Origin: Nitrospirota bacterium
Lineage (GTDB): Bacteria; Nitrospirota; Thermodesulfovibrionia; Thermodesulfovibrionales; Dissulfurispiraceae
Assembly: GCA_963790025.1 (NCBI GenBank)
Contig: CAWBMP010000002.1
Coordinates: 448,001 to 512,000, forward strand
Length of the DNA stretch: 64,000 bases
Direction: 5' to 3'
Of this stretch, positions 1 to 11,048 are shown in pieces. The position numbers and the translations under genes are program-made. A model generated the notes under the pieces. The model saw nothing but the letters and a program-made list of their open reading frames with translations. It ran no database searches and was not told the DNA's origin. Numbering within the stretch: position 1 is the first letter of the stretch; every line of letters starts with the position of its first letter.

Positions 1-151
1 AGGGGCCTTGAACATTTATATAGAAACCGCAATAAAGGAGGCATCGAAAAGAGCTTTAAAGGAGCTTTATGACAATGTGCAGATAATTGTTTCGACGCTG
101 GGAGAAGATGCCGGACTCATCGGCGCCGCACATCTGGTTTTAGATGTTTAA
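1..151 (+). CDS. ROK family sugar kinase (glucokinase-like), 3' end only
   Basis: Frame from position 2 reads ...VSTLGEDAGLIGAAHLVLDV*, the typical ROK C-terminal LGxDAGxIGAA motif; truncated by the window edge. Confidence 0.8.
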   Translation, partial: GALNIYIETAIKEASKRALKELYDNVQIIVSTLGEDAGLIGAAHLVLDV

Positions 152-157
152 TTCTGA

Positions 158-1957
158 TTGAGTATCATGCCAAAAAACATCCGCAATTTTACGATAATTG
201 CACATATTGACCACGGAAAGTCCACCCTTGCCGACAGGCTGCTTGAATTTACCGGGGCCGTGAGTTCCAGAGATATGATGGAGCAGGTGCTCGACACCAT
301 GGACCTGGAGCGTGAGCGGGGCATTACAATCAAGGCGCATGCGGTCAGACTCGGCTATAAGGCCGATGACGGCAATGAGTATATACTTAATCTTATCGAT
401 ACTCCGGGACATGTCGATTTTTCATATGAGGTATCAAGGAGTCTCGCCTCGTGCGAGGGAAGTCTGCTGGTTGTGGATGCCACTCAGGGCGTTGAGGCAC
501 AGACCCTCGCCAATACATATCTTGCCCTCGAACATGATCATGAAATCATTCCTGTAATCAACAAAATTGACCTGCCCGGCGCAGAACCGCAGAGGGTCAA
601 GGAGCAGATAGAGGAAGCAATAGGAATAGATTGCTCCGAGGCGATCCTCGCCAGCGCAAAAGAGGGTATCGGCACAAAGGAGATACTCGAGGCCATTGTC
701 AGGAGGGTGCCCCCTCCTAAAGGTACAGCCGAGGCGCCGTTAAAGGCCCTTATCTTCGATTCATGGTTTGATAACTATCAGGGTGTAATCGTGCTTGTCA
801 GGGTCTTTGACGGAACAGTGCGGCCCGGCATGAAGATGAGACTGATGGCGGGAGCAAAGGAATACGAGATCACTAAAGTCGGCATATTCACGCCCAAAAT
901 GGAAGATGTGCCTCAACTGTCGGCAGGTGATGTGGGATATATTATTGCGGGCATCAAGACGGTCGGTGATACAAAAATAGGAGATACCATTACTGATGCG
1001 GCCCGCCCTGCAGAAAGCCAACTGCCGGGGTATAAGGAAATCAAACCCATGGTGTTTTCCGGACTCTATCCTGTTGAAAACATTTATTATGAGGAGCTTA
1101 AGAACGCCCTCGAGAAGCTGCGTTTGAACGATTCCTCGTTCAGATTCGAGCCGGAGACCTCTTCAGCACTGGGTTTCGGCTTCCGGTGCGGCTTTCTGGG
1201 ACTCCTGCATATGGAGATCATAAAAGAGCGGCTCGAAAGGGAATTTCAGCTTTCGCTCATCACTACCGCCCCCACGGTCATCTATAAAGTGATGGGGACA
1301 AACGGCGACGATTTTTTTATTGACAACCCAAGCAGTCTTCCGGACCGCTTTGAGAAGATAGAGGAGCCATATGTAAAAGTATCGGTCTTCGTGCCTCAGG
1401 AATACGTAGGCCAGATACTCGAGCTTTGCCAGGAAAAACGCGGAACGCAGACTGAATTCACCTTTATCAGCAAAGACCGTATAATGGTGGTCTATGAGAT
1501 ACCGCTCAATGAGATCCTATGGGATTTCTACGACCGGCTCAAATCGGTTTCGCGCGGCTACGCATCCATGGATTACGAATTCATAGGTTACCGTCCGTCC
1601 AAACTGGTAAAGCTGGATGTTTTGCTTAACGGAGAACCTGTTGACGCCCTCTCCTTGATTGTCCACAGCGATACATCTTATTATAAGGGTCGGCAGCTTG
1701 TGGAAAAGCTGAGACAGGTTATCCCACGGCAAATGTTCGAAATCTCTATACAGGCCGCCATCGGAGGTAAGATAATAGCTCGGGAAAGTGTCAAGGCGAT
1801 GAGAAAAAATGTCCTCGCCAAATGCTACGGAGGCGATATCACAAGAAAAAGAAAACTGATCGAGAAACAAAAAGAGGGTAAAAAGAAAATGAAGCAGATC
1901 GGAAAGGTGGAAATCCCCCAGGAAGCCTTCCTGTCTGTTCTCAAAGTTAAAGAATAG
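158..1957 (+). CDS. lepA: Elongation factor 4 (LepA)
   Basis: [35 protein letters not shown] and C-terminal [14 protein letters not shown]; true start may be the ATG at 167. Confidence 0.98.
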   Translation: MSIMPKNIRNFTIIAHIDHGKSTLADRLLEFTGAVSSRDMMEQVLDTMDLERERGITIKAHAVRLGYKADDGNEYILNLIDTPGHVDFSYEVSRSLASCEGSLLVVDATQGVEAQTLANTYLALEHDHEIIPVINKIDLPGAEPQRVKEQIEEAIGIDCSEAILASAKEGIGTKEILEAIVRRVPPPKGTAEAPLKALIFDSWFDNYQGVIVLVRVFDGTVRPGMKMRLMAGAKEYEITKVGIFTPKMEDVPQLSAGDVGYIIAGIKTVGDTKIGDTITDAARPAESQLPGYKEIKPMVFSGLYPVENIYYEELKNALEKLRLNDSSFRFEPETSSALGFGFRCGFLGLLHMEIIKERLEREFQLSLITTAPTVIYKVMGTNGDDFFIDNPSSLPDRFEKIEEPYVKVSVFVPQEYVGQILELCQEKRGTQTEFTFISKDRIMVVYEIPLNEILWDFYDRLKSVSRGYASMDYEFIGYRPSKLVKLDVLLNGEPVDALSLIVHSDTSYYKGRQLVEKLRQVIPRQMFEISIQAAIGGKIIARESVKAMRKNVLAKCYGGDITRKRKLIEKQKEGKKKMKQIGKVEIPQEAFLSVLKVKE

Positions 1958-1977
1958 AAACTGAAAAGATGAAATAG

Positions 1978-2132
1978 AGAGACACAGAGAGGCGGCACGT
2001 GGGGCCATTTTACCCACTCTTAAGGGCAGGGTCCCCGAAAAGTCGAAGACTTTCCGGGGTGCTGTTTGAGGGGTCGAAGGGGAGTTATGAAGAGAGGCTA
2101 ATTAAAAAGGTTTTCTCTGTTCCTCTGTGGTT
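1978..2132. repeat. Nested REP-like palindromic elements in the lepA-lepB spacer
   Basis: ACACAGAGA...CTCTGTGG outer arms enclose the hairpin CCCCGAAAAGTC-GAA-GACTTTCCGGGG at about 2033-2059. Confidence 0.5.
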
Positions 2133-2158
2133 AATTATTAATAAAAAAGGAGAAGAGT

Positions 2159-2764
2159 TTGGAAAAGAAACAGAATAAGGCTTTGGAATATATAAAAGCC
2201 ATCGGCACTGCGCTGGTCCTTGCGCTTATTATAAGGACCTATGTAGTACAGGCCTTCAAGATACCGTCGGGGTCCATGATTCCGACGCTGCTCATAGGTG
2301 ATCATCTCCTGGTGAACAAATTTATATATGGAACACAGGTCCCTTTTAGTGATAAAAAGATCCTGATTATTACTCAGCCAAAGAGAGGCGATATTGTTGT
2401 TTTTAAATATCCTGAAGATTTGAGTAAGGACTTCATCAAAAGGGTCATCGGCGTAGAAGGCGACATCGTCGAGGAGAAGAATAAAGTGGTCTATGTGAAC
2501 GGGAAACCTTTAGTTGAGCCATACACACAGCATACGGATAATTCCATAAACAGCATTGAACCTAGGGACAATTTCGGCCCCTACCTTGTCCCCATGGGCA
2601 AGATTTTCGTCATGGGTGACAACAGGGACCAGAGCTACGACAGCAGGTATTGGGGCTATGTCGATCTTAAGCTTATCAAGGGCAAAGCAATGATAATATA
2701 CTGGTCCTGGGACAGTACAAATAGCTCCCCTCGGTTCAGCAGAATCGGAAGAATAGTAAAATAA
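2159..2764 (+). CDS. lepB: Signal peptidase I
   Basis: IPSGSMIPTL, FIKRVIG and GDNRDQSYDSRYWG motifs; follows lepA. Confidence 0.97.
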   Translation: MEKKQNKALEYIKAIGTALVLALIIRTYVVQAFKIPSGSMIPTLLIGDHLLVNKFIYGTQVPFSDKKILIITQPKRGDIVVFKYPEDLSKDFIKRVIGVEGDIVEEKNKVVYVNGKPLVEPYTQHTDNSINSIEPRDNFGPYLVPMGKIFVMGDNRDQSYDSRYWGYVDLKLIKGKAMIIYWSWDSTNSSPRFSRIGRIVK

Positions 2765-2873
2765 AAAACAGGCCATAGGCAATAGGCGATGGACGATAGG
2801 AACAGAAAAAAGAATATTTTTGGTGTTATGACCCATAGCCTATTGCCTATAGCCCAGCGCCTTTTATAATTAT

Positions 2874-3509
2874 ATGTTTACCGGATTGATCATGGAAATG
2901 GGTAGCATTGCCGCTCTCGAAAAAAGGGCCGGGAACGCAAGGCTTTCGGTCGGGGCAGGCGATATTGTCCATGATACCTCAATCGGCGACAGCATTGCAG
3001 TCAACGGCATATGCCTTACTGTGACCGCAGTAGATAAAAACATTCTTTTCTTTGATGTTTCCTATGAGACGTTAAATAGCACCAACCTTGAAAGTCTGAA
3101 AAAAGGTGACCGTGTAAACCTGGAACCCTCTTTGAAGCCGAATTCGAAACTGGGCGGTCATTTCGTTACAGGCCATATCGATGGCGCCGGCAAAATACGG
3201 TCAAAGACGGTTTCTGGAAACGCGGTGAGAATTGAAATAGAAGCTTCCACGAACATCTTGAAGTACCTCGTCGAAAAAGGCTCGGTTGCCGTGGACGGCA
3301 TAAGCCTCACCGTAGTTGATGTACTTAAGGATGCCTTCAGCGTGGTTATTATACCCCACACCGCAAAATTGACAACATTGGGCTTTAAGGGAGCAGGCGA
3401 TACTGTTAATCTGGAGCCCGACATTCTTGCCAAATATGTAGAGAAGTTCATCCGTCCCGACAGCGGGTCCTCTCTGCTTTCGGCTCTGAAACAATCAGGA
3501 TTCATGTAA
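2874..3509 (+). CDS. ribE: Riboflavin synthase (alpha chain)
   Basis: MFTGL N-terminus; two lumazine-binding repeats (SIAVNGICLTV, SVAVDGISLTV); GGHFVTGH. Confidence 0.97.
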   Translation: MFTGLIMEMGSIAALEKRAGNARLSVGAGDIVHDTSIGDSIAVNGICLTVTAVDKNILFFDVSYETLNSTNLESLKKGDRVNLEPSLKPNSKLGGHFVTGHIDGAGKIRSKTVSGNAVRIEIEASTNILKYLVEKGSVAVDGISLTVVDVLKDAFSVVIIPHTAKLTTLGFKGAGDTVNLEPDILAKYVEKFIRPDSGSSLLSALKQSGFM

Positions 3510-3582
3510 AGACAGGCGGTTTCTCTTTCTGTTATAATATCTTTTTCTCTTTGGAAAAGGCGCACGTTACGGAGGTCTCTCA

Positions 3583-4797
3583 GTGGAAAAAGCTAAAATT
3601 AATACGATCGAAGAAGCCCTTGATGATATTTCGAAAGGCAGAATGGTCATCCTCGTGGATGATGAGGACAGGGAAAACGAGGGAGACCTTTGTATGGCTG
3701 CTGAAAAGGTCAGTCCCGATGCCATTAATTTTATGGCAAAGTACGGCAGAGGGCTCATCTGCCTGTCGCTGACCCCCCAAAGAGTCGATGACCTTAAGCT
3801 TCCCATGATGACCGACGACAATACGTCTACCTTCGGTACTGCGTTTACCGTATCCATAGAGGCCAAAAAAGGCGTTACCACGGGGATCTCGGCACATGAC
3901 CGGGCACATACTATCCTCACTGCTATTGACCCCAAGTCCAGGCCGGAAGACATTGCCAGGCCGGGCCACATTTTTCCGTTGAGGGCCAAACGCGGCGGTG
4001 TTTTACAACGGGCCGGACAAACGGAAGGCTCCGTCGACCTTGCAAGGCTCGCAGGACTTAACCCTTCAGGAGTTATCTGCGAGATCATGAACGATGACGG
4101 CAGCATGGCGAGGATGCCGCAACTTTTGGAATTCGCAAAACAGCATAAATTAAAAGTGATAACGGTCAAAGACCTGATCCGGTACAGGATGCGTGCTGAA
4201 CGTTTCGTCAGGAGGATCGCTACGGTCCAGATGCCAACGAAGTACGGCGGCGATTTTACAGCCATTGCCTATGCTAATGACGTTGACAGGAATATTCATA
4301 TAGCGCTGGTCAAGGGAGAAATCAAACATGAGGATAAAGTCCTCGTGAGAGTGCATTCCGAGTGCCTTACCGGTGACGTGTTCGGTTCGAAGCGGTGTGA
4401 CTGCGGCGACCAGTTGCATAAGGCAATGGAAATCATAAAAACAGAGGGCAAGGGAGTTGTCCTTTACATGCGACAGGAAGGCAGGGGAATAGGGCTTGCA
4501 AACAAGCTTCTGGCTTATGAACTCCAGGACAAGGGCCTTGATACGGTCGAAGCCAACCTCAAACTCGGGTTTAAGGCCGACCTGAGAGACTATGGCATCG
4601 GCGCCCAGATACTGGTAGATCTCGGAATTAAGAAAATGCGGCTGATCACGAACAACCCGAAGAAAATCGTGGGACTTGAAGGTTACGGGATTAAGGTTGT
4701 AGAACGGGTGCCGGCTGAAGTCCAGCCGCACGACAAAAACATTATTTATCTGCAGACCAAAAAGAAGAAAATGGGCCACATCCTGGAGAACGTATAA
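3583..4797 (+). CDS. ribBA: Bifunctional DHBP synthase / GTP cyclohydrolase II
   Basis: [37 protein letters not shown] and TNNPKK motifs. Confidence 0.98.
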   Translation: MEKAKINTIEEALDDISKGRMVILVDDEDRENEGDLCMAAEKVSPDAINFMAKYGRGLICLSLTPQRVDDLKLPMMTDDNTSTFGTAFTVSIEAKKGVTTGISAHDRAHTILTAIDPKSRPEDIARPGHIFPLRAKRGGVLQRAGQTEGSVDLARLAGLNPSGVICEIMNDDGSMARMPQLLEFAKQHKLKVITVKDLIRYRMRAERFVRRIATVQMPTKYGGDFTAIAYANDVDRNIHIALVKGEIKHEDKVLVRVHSECLTGDVFGSKRCDCGDQLHKAMEIIKTEGKGVVLYMRQEGRGIGLANKLLAYELQDKGLDTVEANLKLGFKADLRDYGIGAQILVDLGIKKMRLITNNPKKIVGLEGYGIKVVERVPAEVQPHDKNIIYLQTKKKKMGHILENV

Positions 4798-4806
4798 AGG
4801 CAAAAG

Positions 4807-4879
4807 CGCGCCTGGGAGGATTCGAACCTCTGGCCCTCAGCTCCGGAGGCTGATGCTCTATCCACTGAGCTACAGGCGC
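4807..4879 (-). tRNA. tRNA-Arg(CCG)
   Basis: Reverse complement forms a cloverleaf GCGCCTG...CAGGCGC with anticodon arm TCAGC-CTCCGGA-GCTGA and GGTTCGAATCC; no encoded CCA. Confidence 0.95.
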
Positions 4880-4956
4880 ATTTAAAGCGCGTAAGAAGTG
4901 AAAAGTAAATGCTAATAAAAAAGAGGTCTTTTACTTTTTACTTTTTACTTGTTTTT

Positions 4957-5033
4957 TGGGGTGGGCGAGGGGACTCGAACCCCCAACGTCTGGATCCACA
5001 ATCCAGTGCTCTAACCATTGAACTACGCCCACC
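4957..5033 (-). tRNA. tRNA-His(GTG)
   Basis: Cloverleaf with G-1, anticodon arm CTGGA-TTGTGGA-TCCAG, encoded CCA. Confidence 0.95.
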
Positions 5034-5097
5034 AAAATGCGTACAGCGTTGTGCGCCACACGCTCACTTCCTGATTCTTAGTAGTCGTATATTACAA

Positions 5098-5171
5098 TGC
5101 GCCTGAAGGGATTCGAACCCCTGGCCCTCTGCTTAGAAGGCAGATGCTCTATCCAACTGAGCTACAGGCGC
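5098..5171 (-). tRNA. tRNA-Arg(TCT)
   Basis: Cloverleaf with anticodon arm TCTGC-CTTCTAA-GCAGA. Confidence 0.95.
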
Positions 5172-5210
5172 AAAAACAAAAGGACCATCGGCCTTTTGCC
5201 TGTTTTTGGT

Positions 5211-5289
<79 letters not shown>

Positions 5290-5298
5290 TAAACATTT

Positions 5299-5328
5299 AC
5301 TCTACTAAATAGGCGGAATAAAAGTCAA
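5299..5328 (-). promoter_or_regulatory. Sigma-70-like promoter of the minus-strand tRNA cluster
   Basis: TTGACT-18 nt-TAGAGT about 10 nt upstream of tRNA-Pro. Confidence 0.55.
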
Positions 5329-5535
5329 TTTTAGAATGTATTATTAAACCAGAGAGAACGCAGAGAAAACCATTGATTAAAAAACAAAACTGAAAGCACC
5401 TTTCAAAGACGTATCCCTCAGTGCAGAGAGAAGCACTCCGAGCACACCAAAAAACTTTTCTTGGTTTCTTTTTACAAGGTACACCTCTGTGTGCTCTGTG
5501 GTTTGCTTTTTTTCATGCCGTTTGCAAAAATGTGA

Positions 5536-5565
5536 TTGACAATAGTAGAATAGTTGCCCTATATT
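5536..5565 (+). promoter_or_regulatory. Sigma-70-like promoter of the tRNA-tuf operon
   Basis: TTGACA-18 nt-TATATT 11 nt upstream of tRNA-Thr. Confidence 0.6.
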
Positions 5566-5576
5566 AGTAAGTTAAA

Positions 5577-5649
<73 letters not shown>

Positions 5650-5653
5650 TAAC

Positions 5654-5738
<85 letters not shown>

Positions 5739-5913
5739 GTAAAAACAAGTTAAAAGTAAAAAGTCAAAAGTGAGAAACTGAGAAACAAAGTAATGAAGAA
5801 TTCTTGTAACTTCTTTGTTCTTAACCTTTACTTTTCATTTTTTACTTTTCACTAGCCTTAATGTGTCTGTAGCATAAAATTTTTTTTTGTTTTATAATAT
5901 ACATTTGCTGCTC

Positions 5914-5985
5914 GCGGGAGTAGCTCAGTGGTAGAGCGTCAGCCTTCCAAGCTGAGGGTCGCGGGTTCGAATCCCGTTTCCCGCT
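5914..5985 (+). tRNA. tRNA-Gly(TCC)
   Basis: TCAGC-CTTCCAA-GCTGA anticodon arm. Confidence 0.95.
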
Positions 5986-5987
5986 CT

Positions 5988-6060
5988 GCCCATGTAGCTC
6001 AGTTGGCAGAGCACATCCTTGGTAAGGATGAGGTCACCGGTCCGATTCCGGTCATGGGCT
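5988..6060 (+). tRNA. tRNA-Thr(GGT)
   Basis: CATCC-TTGGTAA-GGATG anticodon arm; T-loop TCCGATT; canonical Thr-Tyr-Gly-Thr order before tuf. Confidence 0.93.
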
Positions 6061-6197
6061 TTCGAGAACAACATACTGCGTACAGGATTCAGCGTTGTAC
6101 GTATGAAATTAAATTTAATATTTTTGACGTTGTAGGCTGAACCGGCAGTAGGTGCCATAAGCACGCAGCACGCTGAACGCGAAATGGAGGAGGAGAT

Positions 6198-7397
<1,200 letters not shown>

Positions 7398-7400
7398 GCC

Positions 7401-7553
7401 ATGCGAGATATAATCCTGTTTCAGTGCACCGAGTGCAAAAATAAGAATTATTCAAATATGAAAAATAAGAAGAATACTACCGAGAAGCTTCAGCTCAAAA
7501 AGTATTGCAGGCATTGCAAAAAGCATAGCATACATAAGGAGACAAAAGCTTAA
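7401..7553 (+). CDS. rpmG: 50S ribosomal protein L33 (zinc-binding type)
   Basis: Manual translation [50 protein letters not shown]; absent from the ORF track because of its size. Confidence 0.95.
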   Translation: MRDIILFQCTECKNKNYSNMKNKKNTTEKLQLKKYCRHCKKHSIHKETKA

Positions 7554-7630
7554 GAAACGACATGGCGTGCTGCGTTCAGCGTACCGTGTACAAAAACTCA
7601 GAACGCTGAACGCAGCACGCTGTAAGCAGT

Positions 7631-7706
7631 AGGCCAGTAGCTCTAACGGCAGAGCATCGGACTCCAAATCCGAGGGCTGGGGGTTCAAATCCCTCCTGGC
7701 CTGCCA
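7631..7706 (+). tRNA. tRNA-Trp(CCA)
   Basis: AGGCCAG acceptor stem, CTCCAAA loop, CCA end; conserved position between rpmG and secE. Confidence 0.95.
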
Positions 7707-7744
7707 TAAGAAAGCTCATGGCTTATAGCCATTTAGGAGACGAA

Positions 7745-7930
7745 ATGTTTGAGAAGATCAAATTTTTTTTTAAAGACGTGAGAACAGAGGCAAAAAAGGT
7801 TAATTATCCAACCAGGGATGAGCTTGTGGGCTCTACATGGGTTGTTATTACAACGGTGGTAATAGTCTCGATATTTCTGGGGATTGTCGATGTAAGTCTG
7901 TCCAAAATTGTGAAATTGCTCGTAAGGTAA
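7745..7930 (+). CDS. secE: Preprotein translocase subunit SecE
   Basis: EAKKVNYPTRDEL motif plus one TM helix; AGGAGA SD before the ATG at 7745. Confidence 0.92.
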   Translation: MFEKIKFFFKDVRTEAKKVNYPTRDELVGSTWVVITTVVIVSIFLGIVDVSLSKIVKLLVR

Positions 7931-7938
7931 GGGAGACG

Positions 7939-8463
7939 ATGGGAAAGAGCTGGTACGTTGTGCACACATATTCAGGCTACGAGGAAAAGGTAAAAATTTC
8001 TATAGAAGAAAAGGTCAAGTTAAAAGGACTTGAAGAAAAAATTACCAGGATACTGATTCCCTCTGAAAAAGTTGTGGAACTCAAAGGGAAAAAGAAAAGG
8101 GAGAGCGACAGGAAGTTTTATCCCGGTTATATCCTCGTGGAAATGGAACTGGATGACGATACCTGGCATCTCGTTAAGAATGCTCCACGTGTAACAGGCT
8201 TTGTAGGCGGTGCCAAGCCGGTTCCTCTTCCTGAAGAAGAGGTGGAAGTTATTCTTCAGCAGATCGAAAAAGGACCTGCGCCGATGGTGAAGAGCCAGTA
8301 TGAAAAGGGCGAAAACGTCAGGATTATCGACGGCCCATTCAGCAGCTTTGTCGGCTATGTGGATGAGGTTGATATGGACCACGGGAGGATGCGCGTTATG
8401 GTAAGCATATTCGGGAGGCAGACGCCCGTAGAACTAGCCTTCTCGCAGGTGGAAAAAGCATAA
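7939..8463 (+). CDS. nusG: Transcription termination/antitermination factor NusG
   Basis: WYVVHTYSGYE, YPGYILVEM, KOW domain with VSIFGRQTPVEL; start trimmed to the ATG at 7939. Confidence 0.97.
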   Translation: MGKSWYVVHTYSGYEEKVKISIEEKVKLKGLEEKITRILIPSEKVVELKGKKKRESDRKFYPGYILVEMELDDDTWHLVKNAPRVTGFVGGAKPVPLPEEEVEVILQQIEKGPAPMVKSQYEKGENVRIIDGPFSSFVGYVDEVDMDHGRMRVMVSIFGRQTPVELAFSQVEKA

Positions 8464-8586
8464 AAACAGGCAATGGGCTATAGGCAATAGGCGATGGGTC
8501 AAAGAAAAAAAGATTTTGTTGTTCTTGTCTTTGCCTATGGCCTATCGCCTATAGCCTATCACCTGTTTTAAATTTGGAGGTTATAG

Positions 8587-9015
8587 ATGGCCAAGAAAAA
8601 CGTAGTGGCACAGGTTAAGCTTGTGATACCTGCTGGAAAGGCGAACCCGGCACCCCCTGTCGGACCAGCGCTCGGTCCTCACGGTATCAATATTATGGAA
8701 TTCTGTAAGCAGTTCAATGCTCAGACACAGAGCATGGGTGATACACTTATCCCGGCAGTATTAAGCATTTATAATGACAGGTCATTTACGTTTGTGCTTA
8801 AAACGCCTCCGGCATCGGAACTCATCAAGAAGGCTTCGGGCATTGTGAAGGGCTCGGGTGTTCCCAACAAGGACAAGGTCGGCGCCTTGACTAATGCCCA
8901 GGTGGAAGAGATAGCAAAGACAAAATTGCCAGACCTTAATACCACATCTCTTGAGTCTGCAACAAGGACCATCAAAGGTACCGCAAGAAGCATGGGTGTG
9001 GAAATAAAGGATTAA
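8587..9015 (+). CDS. rplK: 50S ribosomal protein L11
   Basis: [15 protein letters not shown] and GTARSMG motifs. Confidence 0.98.
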   Translation: MAKKNVVAQVKLVIPAGKANPAPPVGPALGPHGINIMEFCKQFNAQTQSMGDTLIPAVLSIYNDRSFTFVLKTPPASELIKKASGIVKGSGVPNKDKVGALTNAQVEEIAKTKLPDLNTTSLESATRTIKGTARSMGVEIKD

Positions 9016-9029
9016 GGAGGACCATGTAA

Positions 9030-9719
9030 ATGGGCAAGAAGCTTGACAATGCAGCGAAACAGGTTGATACTATTAAAGAATATACCGTTGAGGAAGCGAT
9101 AACGCTGGTTAAGGAGAATAAAGTTACAAAGTTCGACGAGACAGTTGATATTGCGATAAACCTCGGTGTTGATGCAAAGAAGTCCGATCAGATGGTAAGA
9201 GGAACTGTTGTACTGCCGTACGGAACAGGGAAACCTGTGCGCGTGCTGGTATTTGCAAAGGGAGATAAGGAAAAAGAGGCCAGAGAGGCCGGCGCCGATT
9301 TCGTTGGAGCTGAAGATATGGTTGAAAAGATACAGAAAGGATGGCTCGATTTTGACAAGGCTGTAGCTACCCCGGACTTAATGGGACTGGTCGGCAAACT
9401 TGGCAAGCTGCTTGGACCGAGGGGGCTTATGCCAAATCCTAAACTGGGAACAGTAACGTTTGACATCGGCAAGGCGGTGAAAGAGATTAAGGCAGGCAAG
9501 GTTGAATATAAAGTCGAGAAGGCGGGCATTGTTCATGTAACGGTAGGAAAGGTTTCGTTCGACAGCGAAAAACTTCTTGACAATACGATGGCTGTTCTGA
9601 AATCTGTGATCAAAGCCAAACCTTCTGCATCCAAAGGAAAATATATAAAGAAGGTCACCATGTCTTCCACCATGGGACTCGGAATCAAAGTTGATGTTGC
9701 AGCATTAAAGGTAGGATAA
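9030..9719 (+). CDS. rplA: 50S ribosomal protein L1
   Basis: [22 protein letters not shown] and SSTMG motifs. Confidence 0.98.
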   Translation: MGKKLDNAAKQVDTIKEYTVEEAITLVKENKVTKFDETVDIAINLGVDAKKSDQMVRGTVVLPYGTGKPVRVLVFAKGDKEKEAREAGADFVGAEDMVEKIQKGWLDFDKAVATPDLMGLVGKLGKLLGPRGLMPNPKLGTVTFDIGKAVKEIKAGKVEYKVEKAGIVHVTVGKVSFDSEKLLDNTMAVLKSVIKAKPSASKGKYIKKVTMSSTMGLGIKVDVAALKVG

Positions 9720-9817
9720 AAGCAGGCTTTGCCTGTAAATAAGTGTCGGTGTCAGGGTTTAGTGTCGGTCAAGGATTCCTTTACTGACGCGGACACTGTC
9801 CACTGGCACTATAAATT

Positions 9818-9900
9818 AGAGTCAGAGACAGTAGGCAGTTATACTTTAATTGGCGTAAGGTCAGCCTACCGAGACACAGTAGAACAATAAGTAAGCAGTG
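9818..9900 (+). promoter_or_regulatory. Ribosomal protein L10 leader (autoregulatory RNA)
   Basis: AGACAGTAGG...TTAAT...CCTACCGAGAC motif in the rplA-rplJ spacer; boundaries approximate. Confidence 0.7.
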
Positions 9901-9991
9901 GACAATAAAAAAGCCGGTCATTGCAATGACTCTTTTTATCATACTGCTTACTCCTTCTATTTGAGCTGGTCTCTGGGAAAGGAGGAAGCTT

Positions 9992-10513
9992 CTGATTACC
10001 AAGGAAAAGAAATCCCAACAAATTGCACAACTGACTGAAAGATTTTCACGTTCCAAGGCCGTTATTTTCACGGAATACAAGGGATTGACAGTAGCCGAGA
10101 TCGCCGAGTTACGCAGGGCGCTGAAAGAAGCCGGGGCAGAGTACAAGATTGCCAAGAATAGTCTTATAAACATAGCCGTGCAAGGGACACCTGTTGAAGC
10201 TGCAAAGAGATTTTTTGTCGGCCCGACCGGTGTTGCCTTCGGTTTTGATGATCCTGTAGCTGCTACAAAAAAAGTCCTCGAGTATTCCGAAAAGAACAAT
10301 AAACTCAAAGTCAAGAGCGGTATTGTCGAGGGAAAGCTCTTCTCGTTTGATGACCTTAAATCCCTCTCGAAGCTGCCGCCGAGAAATATTCTTCTCGGTA
10401 TGATGGCAGGCACATTCCAGGCGCCGATATCGAAACTGGCAGGCGCATTGTATGCTACTGTAGCACAATTTGCCTACGTATTAGACGCGGTAAAGAATAA
10501 AAAAAGTGATTAG
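9992..10513 (+). CDS. rplJ: 50S ribosomal protein L10 (probable CTG start)
   Basis: In-frame extension ITKEKKSQQIAQLTERFSRSKAVIFTEYKGLTV upstream of the track ORF; AAGGAGG SD ends 6 nt before the CTG at 9992. Confidence 0.95.
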   Translation: MITKEKKSQQIAQLTERFSRSKAVIFTEYKGLTVAEIAELRRALKEAGAEYKIAKNSLINIAVQGTPVEAAKRFFVGPTGVAFGFDDPVAATKKVLEYSEKNNKLKVKSGIVEGKLFSFDDLKSLSKLPPRNILLGMMAGTFQAPISKLAGALYATVAQFAYVLDAVKNKKSD

Positions 10514-10565
10514 CGTCAGTGGTTCGTGGCTGACACTTACACTATAAAAAAGGAGGAAGTTTTAG

Positions 10566-10949
10566 ATGGCAGTGACAAAGGATGATGTATTCGGTTTTAT
10601 TGATAATATGACTATTCTTGACATGTCCCAGTTTATCAAGGAATTTGAAGAGCGCTACGGGGTTACCGCAGCTGCCCCGGTTGCGGTTGCAGCAGCTCCC
10701 GGAGCGGCAGCAGGTGCGCCCGCGGCTGCTGAGGAAAAAACAGCCTTTGATGTTATGCTGACTGGGGTTGGCGACAAGAAAATCCAGGTTATCAAGGTCG
10801 TAAGAGAAATCACCAGTCTTGGGCTTAAAGAAGCCAAGGAACTGGTGGATAGCGCACCCAAGCCGGTTAAGACCGGCGTGTCAAAGGAAGAAGCGGAGTC
10901 AATCAAGGCTAAACTCGAGGCAGAAGGGGCTAAAGTAGAAATCAAATAA
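10566..10949 (+). CDS. rplL: 50S ribosomal protein L7/L12
   Basis: Ala-rich hinge and [23 protein letters not shown]. Confidence 0.98.
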   Translation: MAVTKDDVFGFIDNMTILDMSQFIKEFEERYGVTAAAPVAVAAAPGAAAGAPAAAEEKTAFDVMLTGVGDKKIQVIKVVREITSLGLKEAKELVDSAPKPVKTGVSKEEAESIKAKLEAEGAKVEIK

Positions 10950-10976
10950 ATAAATCAGTAGTCAGTGTGAGTGTTT

Positions 10977-11008
10977 AGTGTCAGTTAAGGAATTCCTTAA
11001 CTGACACT
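10977..11008. repeat. 32-bp perfect palindrome upstream of rpoB (GTGTCA/TGACAC repeat family)
   Basis: AGTGTCAGTTAAGGAA/TTCCTTAACTGACACT; degenerate relatives at 9741-9811 and 39579-39649 share an AAGGATTCCTT centre. Confidence 0.8.
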
Positions 11009-11048
11009 GACACTGTCACTAATCATTAACACCAATTTAAGGAGAGCT

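Noticed and set aside
2765..2873. FMN riboswitch upstream of ribE-ribBA
   Set aside because: No RFN consensus; the spacer is a heptamer-repeat hairpin
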